In this document: positions 9,750 through 19,503 of the stretch, one piece after another
Numbering within the stretch: the first letter of the stretch is position 1
How the letters are laid out: every line of letters starts with the position of its first letter
Source of the DNA: Kofleriaceae bacterium
Lineage (GTDB): Bacteria > Myxococcota_A > Polyangia > Haliangiales > Haliangiaceae
Length of the DNA: 50,322 nucleotides
Direction: 5' to 3'
NCBI GenBank assembly: GCA_046597055.1
Contig: JBKJLC010000218.1
Location: 1-50,322 of the forward strand
The notes under the pieces: model-generated
Database searches by the model: none
Seen by the model: only the letters and a program-made list of their open reading frames with translations
What the model was told of the DNA's origin: nothing
Position numbers and translations under genes: made by a program

Positions 9750-11044
9750 GGCCGAGCCCGCGCGCGCGCGAGCAGCTCCTGCGCGCGCTGGTAGCGGCAG
9801 CTGAGCAGCGCCAGCCGACCGGCGCCGTACAGCGCGCGCACGAGATCGTCGCCGCCCTCGGCCCCGCTGTGCGTGATCGACGCCTCGAGCCAGCGCGCGC
9901 CCTCGGTGGAGTGGCCACGCAGGTACCAGTACCAGGCGAGCTGGCCGGCGAGCCGCCTCGCGACCGCGGGCGCGGCGCCCTGCAGGTGCGACAGGACCGT
10001 GGCGAGGTTGTCGTGCTCGGCGTCGATCAGCGCCAGCCAGGCTTCTTGACCGGCGGCGGCCGCCGCGCCGGTGATGTCCTCGGCATGGCGACACGCGACC
10101 TGCCACAGCGCGGCCTCGTCGCCGAGCGCGCCGGTGGTGTCGTGGCACAGCTCGCGGACGGTATCGAGCATCACCAGCCGCCGCGGCTGGTCGCTGGTCC
10201 ACGCCAGCAGGTGGCTCTGGACCAGCCGCAGCACCGCGTAGGCCGGCTCGTCGGCGACGCCGAGCGGCTCGCGCTTGACCTGCTCGAAGGTCAGGCCGGC
10301 CGGCAACAGCGCCAGGTGGCGGAGGATGGCCTGCTCGCCGGGCGCGAGCAGGCCGGAGCTCCGCGCCACCGCGTGGCGCACGGTCGAGGTGTCGCTGCCC
10401 GGGCGATCGTCCTCGAGCGCGGCCCGGATCTGCGGCAGGCTGGTGACGCCCAGCTGGGCCGCGGCCAGCTCGATGCCGAGCGGAAACCCCTCGACCGCGC
10501 GGCAGATCGCCACCACGTCGGCCACGCTGTCGTCGTCGAACCCGAAGCTCGGCACCGCCTGGCGGGCGCTGAGCACGAACAGCTCGACCGCCGCGAAGGT
10601 GGCGGCTTCGTCGGCGCCGATCGGCCCCGGGCCGGGCGCGTCGAGCGGCTCGAGGTCGACCCGGTGCTCGTGAGGTAGCCCGAGCGGTAGCAGGCCCGTG
10701 ATGAGCCAGCTGACCGCCGGGCCGAAGTCGAGCACCTTCACGATCTGGGTCCGCGCCGGCGTGGTGTGCAGGAACAGGTTGGCCGGCTCGAGGTCGCGGT
10801 GGACGATGCCGAGCCCGTGCGCCAGCTCGAGCGCGGCGGCGGCCTCGCCGGTCACGCGGGTGACCTGGGCCGGCGCCAGCGGCCCCACCGCGCCGAGCAC
10901 CTCCTGCAGGTCGCGGCCGTCGAGCCGTTCGAGGACCAGGAAGGGGCGACCGTCCTCGGCGGTGCCGGCCGAGATCAGCTCGACCACGTGGGCGCTCGCG
11001 ATCACGGCCAGCGCGGAGGCCTCGCGGTCGAACCGGCGCCGCAC
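9750..11044 (-). pseudogene. Degraded Ser/Thr kinase fragment fused to an NB-ARC/AfsR-type ATPase-TPR fragment
   Basis: Kinase subdomains RRFDREA..HRDLEPANLF..KVLDFG are present without the Gly-rich loop or VAIK Lys. They are followed directly by AAVELFV..ICRAVEGFPLGIELAAA and IDAEHDNL, with no Walker A. The ORF reads on antisense into the response regulator to 9371. The 3' boundary is approximate. Confidence 0.7.
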
Positions 11045-11161
11045 CGAGCCAGGTGCGGGCGCGGGGCCGCGCGGTCAGCTTGCGATCGGTGGGAACGGTG
11101 ATGCCGGGTCGCGCGCGCAAGGCTTCGATCGCGACCTCGCGTCCTGCTACAGTGAGGGCGC

Positions 11162-11926
11162 ATGGGGGGTGACGAGGCCGAGATGCGGCGCCTCACGGAG
11201 CGCCTGCGAGCCGCCGAGGAGGCGCTGCGGCTGCGCGATCGCGTGCTCGCGATCGTCGCGCACGATCTGAAGAACCCGCTCAATGTCATCGAGCTGAACA
11301 GCCAGCTCCTTCGCGAGGCGACGCCCGAGGAGCAGGTCGCCAGCGCCGATCGCATCCGCGCCGCGGCCCGCCGCATGCGTGCGCTGATCCGGGAGCTGAT
11401 CGACGTCGCCAGCCTCGAGGCGCACCGGGGCAACGAGCTTCATTACAGCGCGACCGACCTGGTCGCGCTCACCCGCCAGATGGTGGGTGAGCTCGGTCAG
11501 CTGTGGACCGACCGGACCCTCTCGTTCGAGGCGGCCGCGCCGGTGCTGGCCGCGGCGGTCGATCGACTCCGGATCGAGCGGGTCCTCGCCAACCTGCTCT
11601 CGAACGCGCTGAAGTTCAGCCTGCCAGGGGGCGCGGTCCGGGTCACGGTCGCGGCCGCGCCGGGCCAGGGGACGCTGGGGCCCGTCGTCGTGATCGAGGT
11701 GATCGACACCGGCATCGGCATCCCCGAGGCCGCGCACCCCCATCTGTTCCGGGCGTTTCGCCGCGGACCCAACGTGCTCGGGCGCGTCCACGGGGACGGG
11801 CTCGGCCTCGCCAGCGCCCACGACGTGGTCACCAGCCACGGCGGCACGCTCACGTTCCGCAGCGTGGAGGGCGAGGGTTCGACCTTCACGGTCCGGCTGC
11901 CGGTCGAGCGACCGCCGCCGGGCTGA
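11162..11926 (+). CDS. Histidine kinase (HisKA + HATPase_c), no sensor domain
   Basis: H-box VAHDLKNPL, N-box NLLSNALKFS, G1 DTGIGIP, G2 GDGLGL, GSTFTVRLP. Confidence 0.92.
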   Translation: MGGDEAEMRRLTERLRAAEEALRLRDRVLAIVAHDLKNPLNVIELNSQLLREATPEEQVASADRIRAAARRMRALIRELIDVASLEAHRGNELHYSATDLVALTRQMVGELGQLWTDRTLSFEAAAPVLAAAVDRLRIERVLANLLSNALKFSLPGGAVRVTVAAAPGQGTLGPVVVIEVIDTGIGIPEAAHPHLFRAFRRGPNVLGRVHGDGLGLASAHDVVTSHGGTLTFRSVEGEGSTFTVRLPVERPPPG

Positions 11927-11949
11927 TCAGCGCGCGCCGATCGGTCGAC

Positions 11950-12822
11950 TCAGCAGCCCGCGAACAGGTAGCCCGCCGCGCCGGGTGTCACCAGCGCGCG
12001 GTCGCGCAGCACCAGCGACAACCCGGGGAAGTCGCGGCAGCCGCGCTCGAAGTCGTCCCGGCGGTACTCGATCACGATCACCTGGTCGCCATAGCCGGCG
12101 CGGTAGGTCGCGCACTCGGCGTATCGGTTGCACTCCTCGGCGATCACGAAGTCGGTGCCGAGCTCGACGCGGCGGCCGACCAGCTCGGCCGCGTTCTTCT
12201 GAGCCACCGGCAGGCCGTGGCCGTGGGCCGCGTCGGCGAACAGCCGCATCGTGGCGATCGCGTCGGCCTCGGTCAGGCGCCCGCCCGCGCGCGTGAACGA
12301 GTCGAGGTTGTCGATCTCGACCGCCTGGAACCCGGCGCGCGCGCAGCCCGCGATCCACCCGCCGACGATCGCGGCGATCGCCGCGCGTCGGGTCGGGGCG
12401 CCGACGTCGAGCAGGAGCTCGTTCCAGTCGCCGTCGATCACGGGCTGGCCGCGGCGGTCGCGGAGCACCAGGTCGGCATGGTCGGCAAGCCAGCGGTCGG
12501 CCTCGTCGGGCTGGACCTGGAAGCCGTTCACGTAGCAGATGTTGTAGCGGCCGGGCACCGGCGCGGCCCGGCGGTCGCGCACGACGATCTGCACGCCCGA
12601 CGCGGGCGGGTAGGCGCCGCCGAGCTGGTAGTCGACCGCGGCGTTGACCGGGGGCAGCCGCGCGGCGGGTGCCGCGCCGTCGGGCCCCGGGGCCGGATCG
12701 GACCCGGGCGGCGGCGGCGGCCGGGCCGTGGTCGGTGGCGGCCGCACCGCACCGTCGTTGCCGCGGCTGGGCGAGCAGCCGACCAGCGCCACCAGCAGCC
12801 TGCCGAGGTGGTGCCAGCGCAT
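11950..12822 (-). CDS. GH114 endo-alpha-1,4-polygalactosaminidase-like lipoprotein
   Basis: Lipobox LVGC, DYQLGGAYPP, ICYVNGFQVQP, GFQAVEIDNLDS, AQKN and IAEEC. ATG 12822 chosen as start. Confidence 0.85.
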   Translation of the reverse strand: MRWHHLGRLLVALVGCSPSRGNDGAVRPPPTTARPPPPPGSDPAPGPDGAAPAARLPPVNAAVDYQLGGAYPPASGVQIVVRDRRAAPVPGRYNICYVNGFQVQPDEADRWLADHADLVLRDRRGQPVIDGDWNELLLDVGAPTRRAAIAAIVGGWIAGCARAGFQAVEIDNLDSFTRAGGRLTEADAIATMRLFADAAHGHGLPVAQKNAAELVGRRVELGTDFVIAEECNRYAECATYRAGYGDQVIVIEYRRDDFERGCRDFPGLSLVLRDRALVTPGAAGYLFAGC

Positions 12823-12955
12823 CGCGGCATCGTAGCGCGCCGGCCGCGGCGCGGCACCGACCCGCCGGGGTAGCGGCGTCACGGCGTCGCGGTCGTTTCG
12901 TCGGCGCCCGCCACCGCCGGTCGCGCCTGAGGCAGGAACCTGCTTAGATGACGGC

Positions 12956-14221
12956 ATGATCGACAAGGATCGGGAGCCGCGGCCGCCGGTGTCTCGGACC
13001 ATCCGGTTCGAGCTCGACCCGCGCTCACTCGGCCTGACCCTGCTGGCGGTCGCCGCGGTCTGGCTGCTGTTCAAGCTGTGGCCGGTGCTGGTCCTGATGA
13101 CGGTCGCGCTGGTGGTGGTCGGCACCCTCCACCCGGTGGTCGAGTGGATGGAGCGCCGCGGCATCCGTCGCGGCATCGCGCTCGCGATGATCTTCATCGG
13201 CATGTTGCTGGGGTTCGTCGGCCTCGTGTTCATCACGATCCCGCCGCTGGTGTCGCAGCTCGCGGCCATGCTCGAGAACGCGCCGGCCAACCAGGCCAAG
13301 CTGGTCGCCTGGCTCGATCAGTACGCGGTCACGACGGCGTTCGCGGACTCGCTGCGCGACAGCAACATGAACGAGGTGTTCGGGTCGGCCCGCGACTCGC
13401 TGCTCGACTACTCGACCCAGGTGCTCACCGTCATCGGCTACGGCGTGACGATGATCTTCCTGGCGTTCTACCTGCTGGCCGACGGCAAGCGGGCGCAGGG
13501 CGCGATCTACGCGGTGGTGCCCCGCCACTACCACCTGCGGCTGTCGCGCATCATCTTGAATCTCGAGACGATCGTCGGCGGCTACATGCGCGGCCAGATG
13601 ATCACGTCGGCCGCGATCACGCTGTTCACGTTCACGCTGCTGATGCTGTGCGGCGTGCCCAACGCGCTGTCGCTGGCGGTGCTGGCCGGGTTCGCCGACC
13701 TGATTCCGTTCATCGGCGGCCTGCTGGCGACCGCGCCGGCGGTCCTGGTCGCGCTGACGCGCGGCACCGGCACCGCGATCGTGGTCGGCGTCGTGCTGTT
13801 CATCTACCAGGAGTTCGAGAGTCGGATCCTGGTGCCCGGCGTCTACGGCCGGGTGCTGCGCCTGTCGCCGGCCGCGGTCCTGCTCGCCCTCCTGATCGGC
13901 GGCACGCTGCTCGGGATCATCGGCGCCCTGCTCGCGCTGCCGATCGCGGCCGGTCTGCAGATGATCGCCCGCGAGCTGCGGGTCGAGATGCCCGGCGACG
14001 ACACCCATGACCAGTCCCTGATCGAGCGCGACCAGGCCGCCGAGGCGCTCTACGAGCAGCGCAGCGCCGGCGCGCCGGCCGCCGAGGCCGGTGTGATCGC
14101 GACCGAGCTCGCCAAGGAGATCCGGGCCGAGGACGCGGCCGAGGGCCTCGAGGCCACCGACGTGCCGATCACCTCGGGCGAGCCCGAGCCCGAGCCCCCA
14201 CCCGACGCCGATCCGGCGTGA
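12956..14221 (+). CDS. AI-2E family (UPF0118) transporter
   Basis: Multi-TM protein with GGYMRGQ, LIPFIGG and YQEFESRILVPGVYGRVLRLSP...LGIIGALLALPIAA. Confidence 0.9.
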   Translation: MIDKDREPRPPVSRTIRFELDPRSLGLTLLAVAAVWLLFKLWPVLVLMTVALVVVGTLHPVVEWMERRGIRRGIALAMIFIGMLLGFVGLVFITIPPLVSQLAAMLENAPANQAKLVAWLDQYAVTTAFADSLRDSNMNEVFGSARDSLLDYSTQVLTVIGYGVTMIFLAFYLLADGKRAQGAIYAVVPRHYHLRLSRIILNLETIVGGYMRGQMITSAAITLFTFTLLMLCGVPNALSLAVLAGFADLIPFIGGLLATAPAVLVALTRGTGTAIVVGVVLFIYQEFESRILVPGVYGRVLRLSPAAVLLALLIGGTLLGIIGALLALPIAAGLQMIARELRVEMPGDDTHDQSLIERDQAAEALYEQRSAGAPAAEAGVIATELAKEIRAEDAAEGLEATDVPITSGEPEPEPPPDADPA

Positions 14222-14268
14222 CGCCCGCTGGCGATCGGGCGTGACGCCTGGCCGGTGCGGCGCCGGGG

Positions 14269-15909
14269 TCAGCGGAAGCTGGTCGCGCGGATGCCGTTGG
14301 ACTGCTGCCAGACGACCACCGCGTTACCGGCAAGGTCGACGGCGACCTGGGCGTTGCCGGCCGGCCAACCGGTGCAGGGGAGGTTGCGGCTGGTCCCGGT
14401 GACGGGCATGAGGCAGAGCGCGACGCCGTGGAGCATCGTGGCGGGCTCCCAGACCGCGCCGTCGTGACGACGCGCGTGGATGACGCTCGTGTGCAAGCCC
14501 TGCTCCTCCCACACGACGAACGTGTCGCCGGTCGCGGCGGTGGCGACCTGGGGCGCCGCGCCGCCGGTGACCGAGCTGGCGAGCGCGATGGTGTCGGTCC
14601 AGCCCTCGCCGATGACGTAGCGGCTGGCCCACGCGCTTCGATCCAGCTGGTCCCACACGGCGATCGCGTTGCCGGCGGCATCGACGGCGACCTGCGGTCG
14701 GCTCGCGCCGCGGGCGTCGTGATCGATGACCGACGAAACGCCCCAGCCCGCCCCGACGGTGTGGTGGTTGGCCGCGATGTGGAAGGCGGGTCCGTCGGCG
14801 TGGCTCCAGACGACCACCGCGTGGCCGGCCAGACCGACGGCCAGCTGGGGATTGCGGGCCACGCCCGGGGCCAGCTCGATCCGCTCGGGCTCGCCCCAGC
14901 CCTGGGCCAGCACGAAGTGGTTGGCCCAGATGTCGGAGCCCGCGCCGTCGAGCTGGGTCCACACCGCGAGGGCGTTGCCACGGCCGTCGATCGCGATCCG
15001 CGGCTGGTACGCGTGGCCGGCGAGCTCCGTGTCGGCGGCGGCGTCGACGTCGAGCGAGGACGGCGGGCTCCAGCCGGTCCCGGGCTGGTACCGGCTGGCC
15101 CGGATCTCGTAGCGTCCGTCGGGCGGCGCTTCGCACTCGGACCAGATCACGATCGCGTTGCCAGCTCGGTCGACCGCGACCTGCGGGTCGAAGCCGGTTC
15201 CGATCGCCGTGGCGCCGCGCCAGCCAGCGGCGACCTGGTAGTGGTTGGTCCAGAGCGTGCCGGGACCCGACGTAGCGTCGCTCCACACGGCGACCGCGTC
15301 GCCGCCTGCGTCGACCGCGATGCGCGGACGCACGTCGAGCGGCGGATCCATGGCGCCGATGACCTCGGGCAGCTCCCACTGGTGGTCGAAGAGGTGGTAG
15401 CGCGCGGCGGAGACGCCAGCGAAGACCGCGATCGCGTGGCCGGCGGCGTCGAATCCGACGCGGGGCCAGGTGGACCCGCCGACGCGCTGGATCGGGCGTG
15501 CCCACGCGCGGTCGCGGACCGTGAAGGCCCACGCGTGGGCCGTCGCCTCCATCCCGTCGAGGTCGGTCATCGCCTCCGTGACGGTGGCGAGGTAGCTGCC
15601 CGGCGCGAGCTGGGCGTGGGGCTCGAACGTCGCGGTGCGGGTGGCTGCGTCGTAGGTCACGCGCCCGGCCCGCGGCTCCCCGTCGAGCGTCACGACGAAC
15701 GAGGTCGTGTCGACGGTGGCCGGTTCGACGTCTCGCGAGAGGATGGCGCGCACCACCGCGTACGGCTCGACGCCGAGCGCACCGTCGTCGGGCGACGTCG
15801 CGACGACCTCAGCTCCCGGCGGCACGCCGGCCGGCCAGACGCCCGCCGGATCGCACGCGACGAGCACGCTTGCCCACGACGAACAGACCCCCAGGACTGT
15901 CCTGCGCAT
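14269..15909 (-). CDS. Lipoprotein with Ig-like (Big_5) domain and beta-propeller-like repeats
   Basis: Signal ending VLVAC, SD GGAGG, Ig-like TSPDDGA..VTYDAATRTATFEP, and ~7 repeats of P(Q/R)(V/I)AVDxxGxAx(A/V)VW. Confidence 0.75.
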   Translation of the reverse strand: MRRTVLGVCSSWASVLVACDPAGVWPAGVPPGAEVVATSPDDGALGVEPYAVVRAILSRDVEPATVDTTSFVVTLDGEPRAGRVTYDAATRTATFEPHAQLAPGSYLATVTEAMTDLDGMEATAHAWAFTVRDRAWARPIQRVGGSTWPRVGFDAAGHAIAVFAGVSAARYHLFDHQWELPEVIGAMDPPLDVRPRIAVDAGGDAVAVWSDATSGPGTLWTNHYQVAAGWRGATAIGTGFDPQVAVDRAGNAIVIWSECEAPPDGRYEIRASRYQPGTGWSPPSSLDVDAAADTELAGHAYQPRIAIDGRGNALAVWTQLDGAGSDIWANHFVLAQGWGEPERIELAPGVARNPQLAVGLAGHAVVVWSHADGPAFHIAANHHTVGAGWGVSSVIDHDARGASRPQVAVDAAGNAIAVWDQLDRSAWASRYVIGEGWTDTIALASSVTGGAAPQVATAATGDTFVVWEEQGLHTSVIHARRHDGAVWEPATMLHGVALCLMPVTGTSRNLPCTGWPAGNAQVAVDLAGNAVVVWQQSNGIRATSFR

Positions 15910-16259
15910 ATGGTCCCCCTCCGCCGATCACGCCCCCGTGTTCCCGCCCTCACCCCGTGAGGACGTCGCGTTGACGGTACCACCTTCGTGATCGGTGGCC
16001 AGCGCGCATCGTGACCACCGGGCTCACCCGTGGTGCCGCGTGGCTCCACGACCGCGGCGCGACCGAGCTCGCCCGTCCACCTGGTTCTCGACTACGATCT
16101 CCGGATGAAGCGCGGCCCCGCAGTGAGCGCGTGGAACTACAGCCGCGTCAACCGCATCGCGCGCTTCACGCGCTGGTAGCGCGGGACTCGCGCGCCCACG
16201 TCCGGCGCTGGCGACCGGCCCGGGGGACGCGCCGAGGCGGGGCCGGGTACCATGGCCCG

Positions 16260-17882
16260 ATGGGCGAGCTGGTAGCCGATGACGCCGACGTGTCCGCGCC
16301 GCTGCGCGCGCTGCTCGATTCGGAGGGGATCGATCCGCGGTTTTCAAACGAGGTCGAGGCCGAGGCGGCGGCGCTGGTCGCGCAGCCCGGGCTCGACGAT
16401 CCGGCGCTGCTGGATCTCGAGGCGATCCCGTTCGTCACCGTCGATGGTGCCGACACGCGCGACCTCGACCAGGCGCTGCATCTCGAGCGAGCCGGCGACG
16501 GCTACCGGGTCCGCTACGCGATCGCCGACGCGGCCTACTACGTGCGGCCCGGGACCGCGCTGTTCGCCGAGGCGTTGCGGCGCGGCGCCAGCTTCTACCT
16601 GCCCGGGCTATCGGTGCCGATGCTGCCGCGCACGCTGTCGGAGGGTGCGGTGTCGCTCGGGCCCGACGGTCCGCGGCGCGCGCTGGTGTTCGACATCGAC
16701 CTCGACCGGGACGGCCACTGCCGGTCGACCCGCCTGGTGCGGGCCCGCATCCGTAGCCAGGCCAAGCTGTCGTTCGCCGAGGTGCAGGCGCTGCTCGACG
16801 ACCCCGCGAGGTCGCCGCTGGCGCGGCAGCCGTACGCGGCCAGCCTGGCGCTGTTGCCGGTGGTCGGGACCCTGCGCCAGCGCGAGGCGGCGGCGCGCGG
16901 GGTGATCCGCTTCCACCGGGAGGAGATCCGGGTCGGGCTGACCGGCACCGTGTTCGTCGCCACGGTCGCGATCCGCCACCTGGTCGAGCGCTACAACGAG
17001 CAGCTGTCGCTGCTGTGTAACTCCGAGGGTGGCCGGGTCCTGTGCGACGTCGTCGGTGATCGGGTGTCGTCGGCGACCCAGGCGATCTACCGGGTCCATC
17101 CGGCGCCAACCGCCGAGCGGCTCGGCGAGCTGGCCGATCAGATCGGCGAGGTGGTGGCGCTGCACCAGCTGGATCCGGCGCAGTGGGCGTGGCGCGAGGC
17201 GCTCGCGCCGCTGGCCGACTGGGTCGACGCGCTGCCGATCGGCGCCGATCATCCGCACGCCCGGGTCGCGCGCGCGCTGCAGCGGCAGGCGGTGATGGTC
17301 AACGTGCGCTCGGTGTTCACCAGCGAGCCGGGCGCCCACTACGGGGTCGGGGCCGAGCCGTATGCCCGGTTCTCGGCGCCGATGCGCGAGATCGTGGGGG
17401 TGTTCGTGCACAAGGAGGCGGTCGAGTTGCTGGGGATGGCGCCGCGCCGGCCGGCCGCCGAGGATGCGGCGCTGCGCGACGAGGTGCTCGCCAGCGCCAA
17501 CCGGGCCCGCGATCGGCAACGCCGGCTCAACGACCTGACCAACCGGCGCGTGCTCGATCAGCTGTTCGCCGACGACCTGGCCCGGCCGCTGGCCGAGCGG
17601 CCGGCGCGGACCGCGACGGTGATGGGCGTGACCGCCTCGAAGCTCCACCTCACGCTCGACGCGCCGCCGATCGACGTGAAGCTCTACATGTCCGACGCGG
17701 GCCGCGGGTTCCGCGGGGGCCGGCTGGTGCCGTCGCCGGCCGGCGGGGCGCTGCTCGACGACGCCGGCCACGAGGTGCTCGCGGTCGGCGATCCGCTCGA
17801 GATCCGCGTGATCGGCCGTGACGCACAGCGCGATCGCTGGGAGCTCGAGCCGGTCGCGCGCCCGCGCCCGCGGTCGGCATGA
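16260..17882 (+). CDS. RNB-domain (RNase II/R family) ribonuclease
   Basis: FVTVDGADTRDLDQAL, YAIAD, RGASFYLPG..PMLP..LS and HYGVG..YARFSAPMR. Confidence 0.85.
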   Translation: MGELVADDADVSAPLRALLDSEGIDPRFSNEVEAEAAALVAQPGLDDPALLDLEAIPFVTVDGADTRDLDQALHLERAGDGYRVRYAIADAAYYVRPGTALFAEALRRGASFYLPGLSVPMLPRTLSEGAVSLGPDGPRRALVFDIDLDRDGHCRSTRLVRARIRSQAKLSFAEVQALLDDPARSPLARQPYAASLALLPVVGTLRQREAAARGVIRFHREEIRVGLTGTVFVATVAIRHLVERYNEQLSLLCNSEGGRVLCDVVGDRVSSATQAIYRVHPAPTAERLGELADQIGEVVALHQLDPAQWAWREALAPLADWVDALPIGADHPHARVARALQRQAVMVNVRSVFTSEPGAHYGVGAEPYARFSAPMREIVGVFVHKEAVELLGMAPRRPAAEDAALRDEVLASANRARDRQRRLNDLTNRRVLDQLFADDLARPLAERPARTATVMGVTASKLHLTLDAPPIDVKLYMSDAGRGFRGGRLVPSPAGGALLDDAGHEVLAVGDPLEIRVIGRDAQRDRWELEPVARPRPRSA

Positions 17883-17949
17883 GCGCTCCCGCCAGGGGGC
17901 CGGTGTCGGTGTTGCGCCCACGGGCTTGCCGCGGGTACCGTGGAACCTG

Positions 17950-18660
17950 ATGGGCTGGCTCACCGGTCTCCTCACCGGCGGCAGCGACGAGATCGGCTGG
18001 GATGATCTGGTCCGCCGGTGCGTCGGCACGATCGCCGGGGTCGCGCACCACGGCGCGCGGGGCGCGGTCGCGTTCCCGGCCGAGGTCAGCGTGCTGGTCG
18101 CGGTGCCGGCGGCGAGCGTGGAGGTGGTGCAGTCGTTCGTCGACGACCTCGGCTTCGACCGCGAGGTCGGCGCCGCGCTCGCCAACCGGTTCGATGTCGC
18201 CGTCGCCGAGCTGCCGGTCCGGCAGTACAACGTGATCGCCGCCGAGCGGGTGGCGGTCACCGCCACCGAGGCCGCGCCGCGCAGCTGGCAGCTCACGATC
18301 GAGGGCGGCGATCTCGACGGCCACATGCTGAGCCTGCCGCCGGGCACCAGCGACCTGTCGTTCGGGCGCGGCGAGTGGCATGGCGGTGATCAGCAGGTCC
18401 GCAACGATCTGGTCGTGTGCGAGCGCACCGAGTTCGTCAGCCGCCGGGCCGGCCGGCTGTTCCGCGCCGGCCACCACCTCGAGCTGGCCGCGCTCGATCA
18501 GGGCGATCTCCTGCTGGTGCGGCGGCCGACCGGCGACGTGCTGCGGCCAGCCCGCACCGCGCGCGGCCGGGTCCTCGTCCGCGCCGGCGACGTGATCGAG
18601 CTGGCCGACGGCAATGGCGCCACCGTGCGGCTCCACGCCCGCCGGGTCGTCGCGAGCTGA
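17950..18660 (+). CDS. FHA-domain protein (FhaA-like N-terminal region)
   Basis: C-terminal FGRG..NDLVV..FVSRRAGRL..GDVIEL resembles an FHA domain. First gene of the cluster. Confidence 0.6.
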   Translation: MGWLTGLLTGGSDEIGWDDLVRRCVGTIAGVAHHGARGAVAFPAEVSVLVAVPAASVEVVQSFVDDLGFDREVGAALANRFDVAVAELPVRQYNVIAAERVAVTATEAAPRSWQLTIEGGDLDGHMLSLPPGTSDLSFGRGEWHGGDQQVRNDLVVCERTEFVSRRAGRLFRAGHHLELAALDQGDLLLVRRPTGDVLRPARTARGRVLVRAGDVIELADGNGATVRLHARRVVAS

Positions 18661-18662
18661 CC

Positions 18663-19502
18663 ATGGCCCCGATCGAGCGCGACACCGCCGAGACGTTCCG
18701 GATCCGCTTCGCCGAGCTGGCGCGGATGGTCACCCGCGGGCTCAAGCGCGGCGCGCCGGTGCAGGTCGATCCGTTCCTGATCGCGCGGGCGATCGCGGGC
18801 GTGATGGCCGTGTGCACCGTGCGCGCGGCCTCGGGGCAGCGGCTGCTCTGGAACGAGTACCGGGTGGTCCTGGCCCGCGCCGACTACGAGGGCGTGCGCT
18901 CGCTGCAGGGGCCGCTCGAGCGCGACCTGATCGCCGTGCTCGCGGCCGAGCCCGCGGTCAGCGCCGCCGAGCGGGTCGGCGACCTGCGCATCACGGTGGT
19001 GCCCGACGACGCCGACGAGCTGCCGGTCGGCGAGGGCGTGGTGCGGGTCGGGTTCGTGCCGAGCGACCAGCTGCCCACGGTGCGCGCCGGCGAGCTGACC
19101 GTGCGGTTCGACGCGGTGCGCGCGACCGGCGAGCTGCGCGCGGTCGGCCCGACCGCGACCGTGATCGTCGACGACACCGACCGCGGCCACCCGAGCTACC
19201 TGGTGCGCTGGGCCGGCGGCCAGGCCGCGCTGCCGATCGGCGCCACGCTGGTGCTGGGCCGGCCCCACGCGACGCCGCCCGCGCAGTTCGTCGCGCTCAC
19301 CGGCGCCAGCGCGCGGGTCAACAAGCAGCACCTGTGGATCACGGCGAGCGCGTGCGGCGTGCGGGTCGGCCGGATGGCGCGCGCGAACCCGGTCCACGTC
19401 AACGGCGCGCCGATCGCGGCCGGCGCCGAGATCAGCATCGCCGCGCCGGCCGAGGTGTCGCTGTCGCGCGGTGAGCTGGTCGTCACGATCGCGCGGAGCT
19501 GA
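18663..19502 (+). CDS. FhaA-like protein (DUF3662-like N-terminus + degenerate FHA)
   Basis: WNEYRVVLARADY resembles the DUF3662 region, and the C-terminal LVLGR..VNKQH..NPVHVNG is FHA-like. Confidence 0.6.
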   Translation: MAPIERDTAETFRIRFAELARMVTRGLKRGAPVQVDPFLIARAIAGVMAVCTVRAASGQRLLWNEYRVVLARADYEGVRSLQGPLERDLIAVLAAEPAVSAAERVGDLRITVVPDDADELPVGEGVVRVGFVPSDQLPTVRAGELTVRFDAVRATGELRAVGPTATVIVDDTDRGHPSYLVRWAGGQAALPIGATLVLGRPHATPPAQFVALTGASARVNKQHLWITASACGVRVGRMARANPVHVNGAPIAAGAEISIAAPAEVSLSRGELVVTIARS

Positions 19503-19503
19503 C

